Shown here: positions 24,714-37,564 of the stretch, piece after piece
Numbering within the stretch: position 1 is the stretch's first letter
How the letters are laid out: each line of letters begins with the position of its first letter
Assembly (NCBI GenBank): GCA_964252035.1
Contig: OZ176208.1
DNA from: Podarcis erhardii
Taxonomy: Eukaryota
Reading direction: 5' to 3' (one strand)
DNA: 64,000 nucleotides
Notes under the pieces: generated by a model
The model's input: the letters and a program-made list of their open reading frames with translations, nothing else
Databases searched by the model: none
Told to the model about the DNA's origin: nothing
Translations under genes and position numbers: made by a program

Positions 24714-27295
24714 GAGGTTACTCTGTGAGAAAAGTGACTAAATAATCCTCATAATAATAAGAGGAGGAGAAGGAGGAGAAGCTGTTGTTGGTTACTTGCA
24801 ATATATATCATGAGTGGGTGGCATTTTGAGTCTCTTGTCTACCTTGGGTACCCACCTCAAGAATGCTGTGATAGTTTGGTGCACTATCCTTCTCACATAC
24901 TATGTGAGAAGTTCATGTGGGACACAGATCAGGAGGAAGTTGCTTGGGTGGTCTGAAGAGCAGCCAGAGTGGTCAGTCTTGCAGAGACAATCTAACTGAG
25001 TTGGATGGACCTGTTTGGACTGACGCCATATCAGGCAGCTTCCTGGGGCACAACATTACACCTTGAGCCCCACAACAGTGACTAACAATGTGGGAAGTGT
25101 CACATTCAAACCAGACCCAAGTCGTCTGCCCAGCCTTAGATCGGCAGCTTTTACAGTGTGTCTGGCAAGCAAGAATTAACAAGCCCTTCTCTTCCCCCCC
25201 CCCTCCCATGACCATATGCTCCTGCAGGCTCTTCCTGCATTGCAGGGGGGCTCAACAGCAGCCACTTGATAATGTCACTGCCAGCAATCAGGCAGAGAGG
25301 CCTAATTGGCCAGCTGGGTGAGGGAAAAAGGTGAAGCTGGTGTGCTTAATAGGCAGAGTGTCTCTGGTTCCCTGGAAAGCTGGGGAAATATAAAGAGACG
25401 CAGAGAGGAAGCAGGCTTCCCTTGTGGGCTCTGGCAGTGTCTATAATCTTTCCCTGTCATCTGCCCCCTTCCTTGGAACCTGAGACATACAGAGGAAGAA
25501 AAAACATTTCAGTCCTCAGCCCAACTTCCATGGCTACCGAAAGCTTCTTCTGACATTTTATTCGAGACATTCGTTTATTTCCTTTTATTTTTAAAGGTGT
25601 TTAAATACCGCTTAATACTTCAGAATACTTCAGAAATCATTTGTCTAAAAGACAAACAATATATCGCTAAACAAGAACACTATCTGAAACCCATAAAAAA
25701 AAGCAATATAGCAGCATATGAAAGCAAGTAAAACAGAAAATCAGAAGCTTCGGACATTTAAATTGGGTCGAATCCTATAGGGAAAGGCTGAGCAAAAATA
25801 TAAGCCTTTGTAAGATTTCTGAAGCAACTGAGAGTTGCTGTTTCACATATGGCAGCGGGAAGGGCATTCCACAGAACAAAGGTCCCATCTATGATATTCT
25901 GTAGGGTGCAGTGTCATATTAGAAGCATCCACCACAGCTTTCCTAATGCACATAAAAAGAAACTGCTTCACCCCCACCCCACCCCGGTTTAATTCAAATA
26001 AATGTCTTTGAGCATTCTTTCTTACATCTATTTTAGGCAGGACCTTCTGTTGCTTCTGCCTGAATGATTCCTTTAGCTACAGAGGAACATTAACCCACTC
26101 GCTGGATAAACAGGGAATGTGTCCCAAGTGCTGGCCCAGAAACGGATGCAAAAGTCGACTAAATTAATTCCTCATGGCTAGCCAATAGCAAAACAGGATC
26201 CTCATTTGGCAGGTCAGGTCTGAAGCTAGCAGCGTGTCCGAAAGCAGGAAAAGAAACAGGCATGACCAGCTAGAAACCGAGAAATGAGATGGCATGTCAA
26301 ACAGCTGGGCTTGGATTGCCAAGGGTCAGCTGGGGTGCCCGGGTGCCTAGGGCTAACCCTGGCATAAGAGGCCGTGGTTTAATTTTGCTTCATCCACTGA
26401 AAGAAGACTCTAGACAATACAGGCACAGTTTGCGGCTTTGAGACAATGAATCATACTATTATTTCTCTTTTCAGTATTCTGCATTTTCCTGTAACCTTGC
26501 TCTTCCCGGAGGCTGCCGAGACTGCAAAGAGACAACTCATGTTTGAACGGTGGAATATTGAAAAGGTCAGAGCTGCACAGCACAATGCTGCCATTCACTG
26601 AGCATGTTAGCTACTGAAATTCCATTGCTTCGTCCTTATGACAAAGGCCACAGAACACAACAGGAAGCAAACCAACATAATTGCATGCTTTCAAGAGCAG
26701 CCAGAGAGGCTGTGATTTGCATCATAAATCATGAAACAGAGAGTGCTACCCAGCAGTCGAAGCACTTCAAGTGTACCTCCTTGAGCCATCACCGCTCTTG
26801 CACAATACAGACTTGGCTTTAGCTGTGGAGGCTTCCCTATTCATGTGTGCTCCCGCTCTCTCCACCATCTCATAGTCCCATTTGCATGAAGCGTGTTTTC
26901 TTACACGCTGCCCTGGTATGTCAACCACAATGTCGTCACAAGAATATGTTCTTGGTGTAAAAACTTTGGGGGAATTCTTTCTGGAATTTCAGTGGAGCAG
27001 GACCATACAACTGTTTGCCGTAAAATACTTGCATCCAGTGTTCTTGCTACTCAGAATAGTTCCACTGAAATTCATAGACACAACTGACTTACACCCCTGA
27101 ATTTGAATTCTACTCTAAGTAGAATGGAGACAATCTTTAACAAAGCACAGACTTTTTTGTCTTTCCCAAACTATCCCTGTATCATATGTGCAGGCAGACC
27201 CATACAAGGTGTGGGGCAGCCGGGTACCCTTCTCCCAGGCCTCAGAGGGCTAAGCTGGTTGGGGAGCCACACTAGGGACTAGCTGCCTTTTCGTT

Positions 27296-28010
27296 TTGGA
27301 CTCACAGCTGTCCATGGAGGCGCAGGTTAATTCTGTGTCCAGGGTGGCTGTCTACCAGCTCCACCTGGTACGCAGGCTAAGTCCCTACCTGCCCACAGAC
27401 TGTCTCGCCAGAGTGGTGCATGCTCTAGTTATCTCTTGCTTGGACTACTGCAATGCGCTCTACATGGGGCTACCTTTGAAGGTGACCCGAAAACTGCAAT
27501 TAATCCAGAATGTGGCAGCTAGACTGGTGACTGGGAGTGGCCGCCGGGACCACATAACACCGGTCCTGAGAGATCTGCATTGACTCCCAGTGCGTTTCCG
27601 AGCAAAATTCAAAGTGTTGGTGCTGACCTTTAAAGCCCTAAATGGCCTCGGTCCTATATACCTGAAGGAGTATCTCCACCCCCATCATTCAGCCCAGACA
27701 CTGAGATCCAGTGCCGAGGGCCTTCTGGTGGTTCCCTCATTGCGAAAGGTGAGGTTACAGGGAACCAGACAGAGGGCCTTCTCAGTAGTGGCGCCCGCCC
27801 TGTGGAACGCCCTCCCTTCAAATGTGAAGGAAATAAGCAGCTATCTTATCTTTAAAAGACATCTGAAGGCAGCCCTGTTTAGGGAAGTTTTTAATATTTA
27901 ATGCTGTATTATTTTTAACACTCGGTTGGGAGCCGCCCAGAGTGGCTGGGGAAACTCAGCCAGATGGGCGGGGTATAAATAATAAATTATGATGATGATA
28001 ATGATGATGT
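27296..28010 (+). mobile_element. L2 LINE 3' fragment
   Basis: ORFs 27296 and 27590: SCLDYCNALYMGLP, QLIQNVAARL, HITPVL, FKVLVLTFKAL, RAFSVVAPALWNALP; one in-frame stop at 27581; simple-repeat tail. Confidence 0.93.
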
Positions 28011-28916
28011 GTATAACTTTATACTAAGAAGACTCCCACCTGGGCTTCAGACAAGTTCTGCATTGGCATAAGTGCAGGTGGTAGAATCATAGGCAAAGTT
28101 ATGAACCACCCTGAGATCTGTGGGATAGGGCAATATACAAATTTTATGAATAATAATAATTATTATTATACTGTGCTTACAATGTTACAATGCAATACAA
28201 GATCGGATGCCTGGCAGACCAAGATGTGACACACCCTCAGCTCAGAGCTACCAATGTAAGCAAATAAGAGATGCGATCTGGTAAAAGAAAGAACTTTTTT
28301 GTTATCTGATACAGATTTTGCCATATTAAAGTATGTATTATGTTCCTAAATGTTAATAACAATATATCTTTTATGAGTGTGTCATTAAAAAAAAAATCTA
28401 TTATGGCAAGGGGGCTCATATTGTGGAAGTGGCCCAAGCGTCTCTCAACCTCTGAGAGGGCCTGGCCAAGAGATCCAAAGCTCTCTATGACATCACATGC
28501 TGTGGCATCCAAACAGCTGAGCTGACCACAGCCAAGATGGGGAAAATGCAAAATCCACTGTGACATTGAGGGCCTCAAGTGAACTGAAATGGCTGATCAA
28601 GTTTTACTGGCTTCAGGGACTCGTCAAGGGTAAGAATAAGTTAGGCAGGGAAAGCAATCGAGAGGCAATGACGGCTGGATGATACTCATGGTCTGTACAG
28701 TGCCAAGACCCCAGCTCGTTTATACATGAACTATTGATGACATATTAAATTACAGGCCTTATACTGGTTCTCAGAAACTTGTATATTAAACAGCTTTAAC
28801 AGTAAAGTTCATGCTGCTTCTCAAACAATTAACTTCTGCTTTGGCAATTATAATTTTCTCAAGTCCTCCTTTTGTGAAGGCTGGTCAAAAAGAATAGCTG
28901 TGATCTATACCTTATA

Positions 28917-29174
28917 CAGTGGTACCTCTAGATACGAACAGGATCCGTTCCGGAGCCCCGTTCGCATCTAGAGGTAAACGTAACTAGCGATGGCATGTCT
29001 GCGCGTGCGCGTCTCTTTTTGCCGCTTCTGCGCATGCATGTGACGTCATTTTGAGCGTCTGCACATGCGCAAGCGGCAAAACCCAGAAGTAACGCACTCC
29101 ATTACTTCCGGGTTGCCACGGAGCGCAACTCAAACGCGCTCAACCTGAAACGTATTCAACCCAAGGTATGACTG
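28917..29174. mobile_element. Tigger-type MITE, family C (CpG-rich)
   Basis: CAGTGGTACCTC / AGGTATGACTG termini with TA flanks. Confidence 0.85.
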
Positions 29175-29299
29175 TATTGATTATTTTAGGTGAAAACAGT
29201 GAAAACAGAAGAGTCAGTAAGAGGTTTTGGTCCTCATGAAACAAAATAGAAGAAGCAGGGCATATGATATAAGGTTCCACAGGAGAAGAGAGTGCTCTC

Positions 29300-29416
29300 G
29301 TGCTCAAATTCTACTTACAGGTTTCCCGCAGACATCTGGTTGGTCTTTGTGAAAACAGGATGCCGAACTGTAGATGGGGCAATTTTCTGATCCAGGAGCT
29401 CTTCTGATGTTCTTAA
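29300..29416 (+). mobile_element. Old CR1-type 3' tail
   Basis: ctgatccaggagctcttctgatgttctta end shared with 54830-55022. Confidence 0.5.
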
Positions 29417-31077
29417 GATTGTGAGTTCTTCTGAATGTTAGTAACAGGATTAAGTCTTGTTCTTGTTCTTGTTCTTCTTATTGCACATCTGCATTGAGGG
29501 AAAAGGCTAGCTCCTTTTTGAGAGGAGCTCTGCAGACCATTTCAGCTATGTGATGCAGTGCACATATATCTGCGCTTCTCTCAGGAAAACAATATCGTGC
29601 ACAGATTTGGGGACTGGGTGCCAGCCAGGCATAGAAACCCGGGTGAAAAGAGCCAGATTGCCACTGAAATTCTAGATGAGTGATTTTAAACGAGATAACT
29701 TTTAAAAGGAAGGAAGAGCTTAGACGGGTCATTGTGCACTAGAACACAATCCAGCAGTAAATGCAATGTCCAACTGACCAGAACAGGGGCAACCTAGGCA
29801 ATCTATAAGATTTTAGCTCTTTGCTTTAAGTTTAAGATCCTAGGAGAATCACAGCAGCAATGTCTAACTGTGATTGCCTAAAAAACAAAAACAACAATAC
29901 AAAGCAATTTTTACTATTTTGTTCATTATTGAGCTGTATATCAATAATTGACCTCATCTGTTCCATTTCCCTGATCCTTTAGAATCCACTTGCTCTCTAT
30001 GACTAACCAACATAGTTGCAAAATTTATCACCATTACAGCTCATGCCAACAATGATCCCCTTTATCATCTCACTAATTCTCTATTTATTTACAGATCTCC
30101 ATTCTACCATTTTTCCTTTGCTGTCAAGCTTCTCATTTCTGCTGCCATCTGTTACTGGCCATACAAGTTCGTAATATATACTTGTACAATATCCTTTTCT
30201 TTAAAATGTCATCATTCCCCCCTCCCCCTGTAATTCATACCATGCAGGATTTTTAGATTGTTTAACTCTTGCAAAGCCCTTGAAAGTATAGTTCAGATGG
30301 AAGATGCTAAAAAAAAATAAAGGCATATTGTTTTTACCATTTGGGTGCTTTTCAGAGTTAGTGGATATGCTTAATATTCTTTGCAGCTGCTCTGTTTGGA
30401 AGCTGGGGAGGAGTACAGTTAGCGGAAAAGGATTTCTGTGCTTCTTCCAAAAAGCCAGGTTTCATATCTGACTGCTCTGAATGTGCTGTCATATCACCGC
30501 AACAGGAAAATGTGAGGAAAATAAAGTTCTGAGCTACCAATATCAGGAACTTCGAAGTGTACTTATATAGAATTAAGTTCCAATAAAGAGAACTTCCTTT
30601 TTTTCAATAGAAAAATAGCAATTTATGATAGATTATAACCACAAGATGGGGAAAAGAGGTTGTTTTAGTTTTTTACCAACTACAAAAACAAAAATTAATG
30701 ACAATCATAAGTATGTTTATCTAGGGGTGGGTGCATTCAGACATGGGAAATACTGTGTTCGATTTTCCTGATTGCAAACAGATTTTTTTCTGGAAGTAAT
30801 TAACCCAGAAATGAGCACTGACCTTCCACTATATTCTGCCAGCTTTCTGAAAGCTGCTTGCATATCACGCAGAAACTGAAATATAATGTGGAAATTGACA
30901 GTTTGAGAAACGTCAAGGAAATGGAATAAACTGCTGTGTGAATGCAGCCTAGAAATGACTAGGGCCACTTCCAAGATGACCTGTTTATTGAGTGCTCATC
31001 CTGATTTCTTTGTACAAATTTTGTGGGAAAGTTATAAAATGCCCACTGCATATCGAGCATTCATTCTGATTAAAAAA

Positions 31078-31869
31078 CTAGGCTGCATCAACAGAAGTAT
31101 AGTGTCCTGATCAAGGGAAGTCATAGTCTCACTCTATTCTACCTTGGTCATGCCACACCTGGAGTACTGTGTCCAGTTCTGGGAGCCACAATTTAAGAAG
31201 GATATTGACAAGCTGGAACTTGCGCAGAGGAGGGCAACCAAGATGCTCAAGGGTCTGGAAACCAAGCCTTATGAGGAACAGTTGCAGGAGTTGGGTAGGT
31301 TTAACCTGGTAAATATTAGACTGAAAGGAGATGTGATAGCCATCTTCAAATTTCTAAAGGCCTGTCACATGGAAGATGGAGCTAGTTTTCTCCTACTCTG
31401 GAGGGTAGGCACTGGCGGAGTAAGAGGAGTGTGGGAGAAGCACACTGCCCCTGGCAGCACGATCCCGGTGGGGCGCCATCGCGGCTGTCCCTCCACTTAC
31501 TGTGAGCACCACACCCCTGCAGTTGGCGTGCCATGCCCCTGCAGATGTGTGCCAGCCCCGCCCCCACCTGATCTCCGCCCCCCGGTGCCAAAGCATGAAG
31601 CTCCGCCACTGAGGGTAGGACCCAAACCAATGGATTTAAGTTACAAGAAATCAGATTCCAACTAAATACCAGGAAGAACTTTCTGTCAGTAGGAACTGTT
31701 TGACAGTGGAATGGTCTCCCTCGGGAGGTTGTGGGATCTCCTTCCTTGGAGGTTTCTAAGCAGAGGTTGGATGGTCACCTGTCATGGATGTTTTAGTTGA
31801 GATTCCTGCATTGCTGGGGGTTGGACTAGCTGATCCTCAGGGTCCCTTCCAACAGTTCTTTGATTCTAT
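31078..31869 (+). mobile_element. CR1 LINE 3' fragment interrupted by a hAT MITE
   Basis: LGCINRSI...[10 protein letters not shown]...[12 protein letters not shown]; resumes after 31619; ATTCT tail. Confidence 0.93.
31410..31611. mobile_element. hAT MITE nested in CR1
   Basis: TIR CACTGGCGGAG / CTCCGCCACTG; exact 8-bp TSD AGGGTAGG (31402-09, 31612-19). Confidence 0.92.
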
Positions 31870-33317
31870 TATTCAAGCTATCACAACTCTGCACATCTTC
31901 ACTATAACCAAGATGTGTCCCCCACTAGATGTAAAGCCCCTCCCCTAACAGCTCATACACCTCAAAGTGGTATAGCACCAAACGTATTTGATGATGTTGC
32001 CTAACCACTGGTGGCAAAAACACTCCCCAGAGTTCATAACAACCCTCAGTTATAATGTAAAAATGTTAGTGTTGGGTCATCATGTGTGTGTATCTCCCAA
32101 AGGAACAGAAGCATTTCACCAGTGCCTGTAAACCCAGAATCCCTTCTAGTGAATATAAAGTGAGTAGTAGAGTGGAAGGGCAATCTGAAGCCTGAGCATC
32201 CCTTTTCCTAATAACAAGTCTCCATCAGTAATTAGGCAGACAAGTCCTTCCTCTCCAGGCAGCTGGGCTTCTTTGGGCTCCACATTTCTTTGCACAAGAT
32301 TCATCAAAGTCTAGTGCTGGCACCATTTCTAAGAGTTCTTCCTGTTCCTTATTCCTCACCTTAATCCTCTGTTTACAACCAAACAAGTGATTGCTCAGGA
32401 AAGGACTATCAGAAGATTATATGGCTTCAGGTGAAATAAAAGATTTAGTAGATGCAGATAAGAAGCGAAGATACTTCTTTCAGGCAGATTTTGTTTCGTT
32501 AATGTGAAAGGAAGAAGAAAACACAAACAGAATATATTCACCAATTTCTCACCAGCCTTCTCTTGCGTTCAGATCTCTTGAACTAGTTTGAGCTTTTTAT
32601 AATGATCACTGCCATTGGGATTGATCGCAGTTTTAACTGACTCTTCCCACACCCTCCTATCTCTGTTTTCTAAGAAAAGCATAAACAGGTCCTACTGTTT
32701 TGATCCAAGAGGAATTGCACATGTAGGGAAGGACACCTGTTTGTTGTGCATAGGAAACAAAGCAGTGCACACAAACATTCAAATTTCAGAACGGCATCAT
32801 TCAGAACCAATATTTTAGACAGTTGTTGTGATACTCAGACAAGTGGGTGAGATCCACGTGTTCGTGATTTGGCACATTTTGTAACTAATCACAAATGAAA
32901 TAGCTGGTTCTGCATTTATTTGAGTTCAGTGTCTCCCTTGCCGCCCATTAGGAAAAACACTGATATTTCTGGAAGCAATTTCAGTGGGAATTAGCTGGAT
33001 TCTGATCAATGGGAATCAGCCAAGTGCACTCATTAGGGAAACAGGAATGGGTGTGGAAGTGCCTGAGGCTCACACTGGACTGAGAGCTGCCCTCAGGGGC
33101 CTCTTATCAAGTTCAGCAACTACGGTGTGAACCAGGTCTATTGCCACTGCACTGAGCATAGGTGGCTTGCATTGAGAACCTAGAAGCCCGCCAAGAGAAG
33201 GGTTCAAATCTTTGTCTGTGGAAATAACACCTCCATGCAGACAAATTCCACAACACTGCACCCATTGCTCAGTCTGTGATGGGAACCAGCATTTTGCAAG
33301 CCGAAAGAGTGGACACC

Positions 33318-33636
33318 ACACTCCCTGATGGGAGTGTGGCGGATGGAGAAATACTTGACAATAAAAATGGCACTGATGAATTTTACTGTCCAGAAAGAAG
33401 GGGACTTTACCCTTTCCTTGAGACTCTATGATCAGCATATCAGGGGCAGCCCATTCAAACTCAAGGTAATCAGGTCGGCCGAGGTGCCCCCCACCACCGA
33501 AGGAGTTAAGAGGCATGTGAAGTCTCCTGGCAGTGGCCACATGAAGCAGAAAGCTGTGAAAAGACCAGCTAGTATGTATAGCACTGGCAAAAGGAAAGAG
33601 AACCCCATTGAAGATGACCTGATCTTCAGAGTAGGT
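33318..33636 (+). pseudogene. TRIM2: Isolated frameshifted TRIM2 exon fragment with retained splice donor
   Basis: PDGSVADGEILDNKNGT.EF, frameshift at 33384, then TVQKEGDFTLSLRLYDQHIRGSPFKLKVIRSAEVPPTTEGVKRHVKSPGSGHMKQKAVKRPASMYSTGKRKENPIEDDLIFRVG; near-identical to vertebrate TRIM2 as recalled and clearly not TRIM3; AG|gtatgg at 33634/5. Confidence 0.9.
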
Positions 33637-34924
33637 ATGGAGTGCTTTGCCTTCTAAATTAGTTGGACTGCAAATAAAAGGGAAATAAAAGGTGTAATAG
33701 GAAGCTCACAGCAGACAACAGTGTGAGCTGCTTGCTTGCTTGTGGGGAAATGACAATACTGTGGGAGGTGTTGCGGTTGGCTGCAGAGTTACTCAGAATC
33801 CTATGCTCTGTAGCATCTGTGAAGGCAGAAAGCAAACAAGTGGGAGCAGACCTCAATGGCTGTCCATTGATTTCCATGGAAATGTTTTAACTTCACCACC
33901 TCTTCTAAAGACATAAAGCCCATCATAATGGGAAGTTATGATTGCTTTCAGAAACCATTGGAGGATTTCTCCTAACAGCGGTGCTGGCTTGCCCCCATAA
34001 CCATGGGTGCCTGGTGCCGCATACCATCACTGGGTGTGTGTGCATGCGCCGACATTATGCCTCCCACTGTCTTTGTGATATATTCCACCTGCATAAGGTG
34101 GTTTAGAACAGGGTGACCCAACTTTTTATACCAAGTGGGCCGCAAGAGTACTTTGACGCAGGACCTGCAGGCCGCACACTGCCTTATCATGTGGGAGGTT
34201 GGGGAGCAAGGTTAAAATGTGACCCCAAACCCAGCCCTTGTCCTGCCTTCCCAAAGCTGGGTAAGTGAGGCACTGAGCTTTGGGAAGGCAGGGGCTCTGG
34301 CAGGGTCCTAGAACCCTCCCACCTTCTCCCGAAGCTGGGAAATCCCAAACTAGGCTTAGAGAAGGAGAAAGACCCTGTCAGAACCCTCAGGCCTCATTCC
34401 CATTGCTGCAGACACCTCTTAACAGGGCAGCTCACAATCTTCATTCTACCTTTAACCTATTAGTGGTTGTAAGTTAAGCAAAAGTCCTATACACGCAGAA
34501 CCATAGCTAATCCATCTTTCAGCTCTTTCATACTGGCTTAAGCCATGTTTATTTCCTTATTTTATGTGAATAAGAAAATGCTGAGGGGGGGTGGGTGGAG
34601 AAAGAAACAGAAAATAGCTGCAGAATGTTAAGAGACAATGCTTTAGCACAGAATGGCTGAAGACCAGAGCAGGCACAGATCCAGTCGGCATTCAGCAATT
34701 ATGTTCACATTTTATTTCCAAGGATTATAGTGTGACATAGCTTCAAGCCATTTAGAAAGGCTCCCATTCCCCAAAGCTACAGCTATATTAATATTTGGCA
34801 TTCCGTATTATTTTTCCTGGTGTTATGGCAACCAAGAATACAGTGTTGACACAGATATCATGTTCCAACAAGCCAAACTGTAGAGTTTGCATCATCGTGT
34901 CACATAAAAATGCAGCACAATGCC

Positions 34925-34977
34925 TGTGTGTGTGTGTGTGTGTGTGTTTGATATATATCTACACACACACACACACA
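34925..34977. repeat. (TG)11 / (AT)n spacer / (AC)8 inverted dinucleotide repeat
   Basis: Direct reading. Confidence 0.9.
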
Positions 34978-35144
34978 TACACTCCAAAAACAGGTTTCAA
35001 GCATATGGCACCAGACATACAAGGACAAGTGGATTCACAAGACCATATTTCTATAGGGGGATCAAAACAATCTTATGTTATCATGGCCTTTTGAAGCCTC
35101 AGCTACTTATGCAGGTGCATATAGACAGAACATTCAAACATGTT

Positions 35145-35225
35145 CTATTAATTATTATTATTAATAATAAAAATTGAATTTATATACTGCCCTATACGCA
35201 GAGGTCTCAGGGTGGTTCACAGAAT
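35145..35225 (-). mobile_element. L2-type 3' tail
   Basis: Reverse complement gtgaaccaccctgagacctctgcgtatagggcagtatataaat matches the plus copy at ~28100-28160. Confidence 0.6.
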
Positions 35226-35742
35226 AATATCAAAATATAAACCACAAAATACACAAGGACTCAGTTTTCATTAAAAAGTACACAAGTGCTGTGTTTACCT
35301 CAAAAAAAAGTCATTTCTGCAGAACCTGAAACCACCCTGCAATAATGGGTTCTACCTTACAGAAGGTCAGCAGTTTGAATCCCTGCAATGGGGTGAGAAT
35401 CAGAATCAGAAGTACTGAGGGGACAGACCTCAGAGAAATTAACCTCTCCTGGCACCAACAAAAAATAGAGAACCAGTAATATGACTGAAATCCATTCCTT
35501 CCCCCCCCCCCATATTCCTGTTATTGTTCCCTCTTGCATGTTGGGACATAGTGGGGATTATTCAAAGCCACAATTATAGGTGCTTGGCTAAAGTGTATAA
35601 AGATCAGGAAATGTACCATCAAAGCCAAGAGATTTGGTCTTTGGCCTGATCCATCAGGCACTTCTAATGTTATTATGTTAACAATGGAACCCACTACTAC
35701 CAGATGTAGTGATGGTCACCAATATGGCCAGCTTTAAAGCGG

Positions 35743-35775
<33 letters not shown>

Positions 35776-36966
35776 AAAAGGAAGATAAGGCTATTGATGC
35801 CTCTCTAAAAAATACTAGTTGATGGGGTACACTAATGGGAGGACACTGTTGCACTCATGTCCTTCATGCAGGATTCCCATAATCCTCTGTTTGGTAACTA
35901 TGAAAACAGGATTCTGGGCTAGACGGGCTGCCAGTCTGAACCAGCCATGCCCTTATGTTATGTTCACAGCAACTCTAAGTCCCTTGTCACATTTAAAGCA
36001 GTTCTAGCTATAAAGTTATTTGCCATGTAAGTCATTGATGCAGGAATGAGGAGATCTATGCTACAGAGGTAGAAACTGCAAGGAAGGCCATTCCTGGAGC
36101 CTTTCTGTTTCTTCCCATGAGGGAACCATTTATTCCATAACAAGACAATAAATTAGATTGTGTGTGGATGGATGCTTTATACCATTAGAAGGGTTTGTCT
36201 CTTTCTCCGGGAGAAGAGTGCAAATGTTCAGCGGCTGTAGGTTTTTGCAGAGCCTCAAGTATCTCCCCTAGTTTGAAGCCAGAAGTCAGCTGGTGGAAGG
36301 AATCTGTGTTTTCAAGCCTCTTTCAGACATATTGTTCATGTCTTAGAAAACAATAAAGGGAGAGGAAGCAAGGGGGGAGGGGGAGAGGTGAACAAACCAT
36401 TGGAGGCTGGGCAAGAAGTTTCCATCTGGATCTGAGTACAACCAGATATGCTCTGCGTGCCAATTGCAAGCTGAACTCGACAATAAATCTAGCACAACTG
36501 TGTAAAAACGGCATACAGGAACTGAAGCTTCTTCCATTAGCAAGGGAACTGTAAGCACACATAACTCTTCTTGAAAATACTAAGCAAATAAAACACTTTT
36601 AGCACCGCTTGTGAGGAACGAGTCACCCATCTCCACTCCTTAAAAAAATGTGAGTTTTAAGGTCAAACTGCTCTGGATTATTGATGCAATTCATTTTTGC
36701 CAGGAATTATTTCTTCATATCACTCCCCACCACTGTCACAACATAATAACACTTGCTCTCTTGCAGTTATAGTTGAACCATCTTCATGCAAATGAGACCC
36801 TATATCATGCTAGGCCCATTGATGTCCCTATTTGTATTATATGAGAAAACTTTTTAAAAAAAATGCTTTTAAGAGGGCTAAGAGGGCTTCAGACTATGAA
36901 CGCTGGTGTCACAATTAATCTGGTAGCTTTTAAAGTGCCACGTAACTCTTCGTGGGCCCTGCATTA

Positions 36967-37564
36967 TGAAGGTATGACCAGTGTGAATGGATCCATAGGT
37001 CATCAGAATCCATTTCAGGCCAATGTTTCAACACCGTAGGGGCAATCTTTCCAGAAGATATTTGTACTTTGAGGAGATAAGGGATCTGACATGGTCATCT
37101 CTTCCTGCTTCTGTTTACTTCCCTTCTCTATCTCTTGTTAAAGTTCCTTGATGGTTGAGAGCAGCCTTTAATGTATAATATGGTGGAAGGAAGTAATAGT
37201 GCTGGGTATCTTCCTTCTTTGATGCAGAAGCATTAGGAAGAAGGTGACTAATGAAGAACCTGCACGTAGGCAGATGGGCAAGCCATACAGGCTAGCTATC
37301 AATAATCTATAAATCAGGTGGTTTAGGGGCATAGCTCAGACGCTCGTGTACAAACTCATGGCCAGAAGCTCGTACAACCTGAGACTACCTAGGGGTCACT
37401 TTGCCACTTCTTGAGGGCTTCCTACTGACAGATTGAAGTGCTTGCTTGGTAATGTATATAATGCTTGCTGTTTAGAATAAAATCTTTAATCTTCTCACTC
37501 ACTTGTGTTTGTATTGCTTTTGAATCTCATTAAAAGAACCACCTTGCGTTTGGCAAGATAAACA
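36967..37564 (+). mobile_element. Putative solo LTR
   Basis: TG...CA termini, TATAAAT at 37308, AATAAA at 37476, U3-R-U5-like spacing; no clean TSD, so the left boundary is uncertain. Confidence 0.4.

Noticed and set aside
33328-33657. 109-aa ORF as a functional TRIM2 isoform
   Set aside because: The N-terminal MGVWRMEKY… is out-of-frame TRIM2 sequence upstream of a deletion, and the C-terminus reads into the intron
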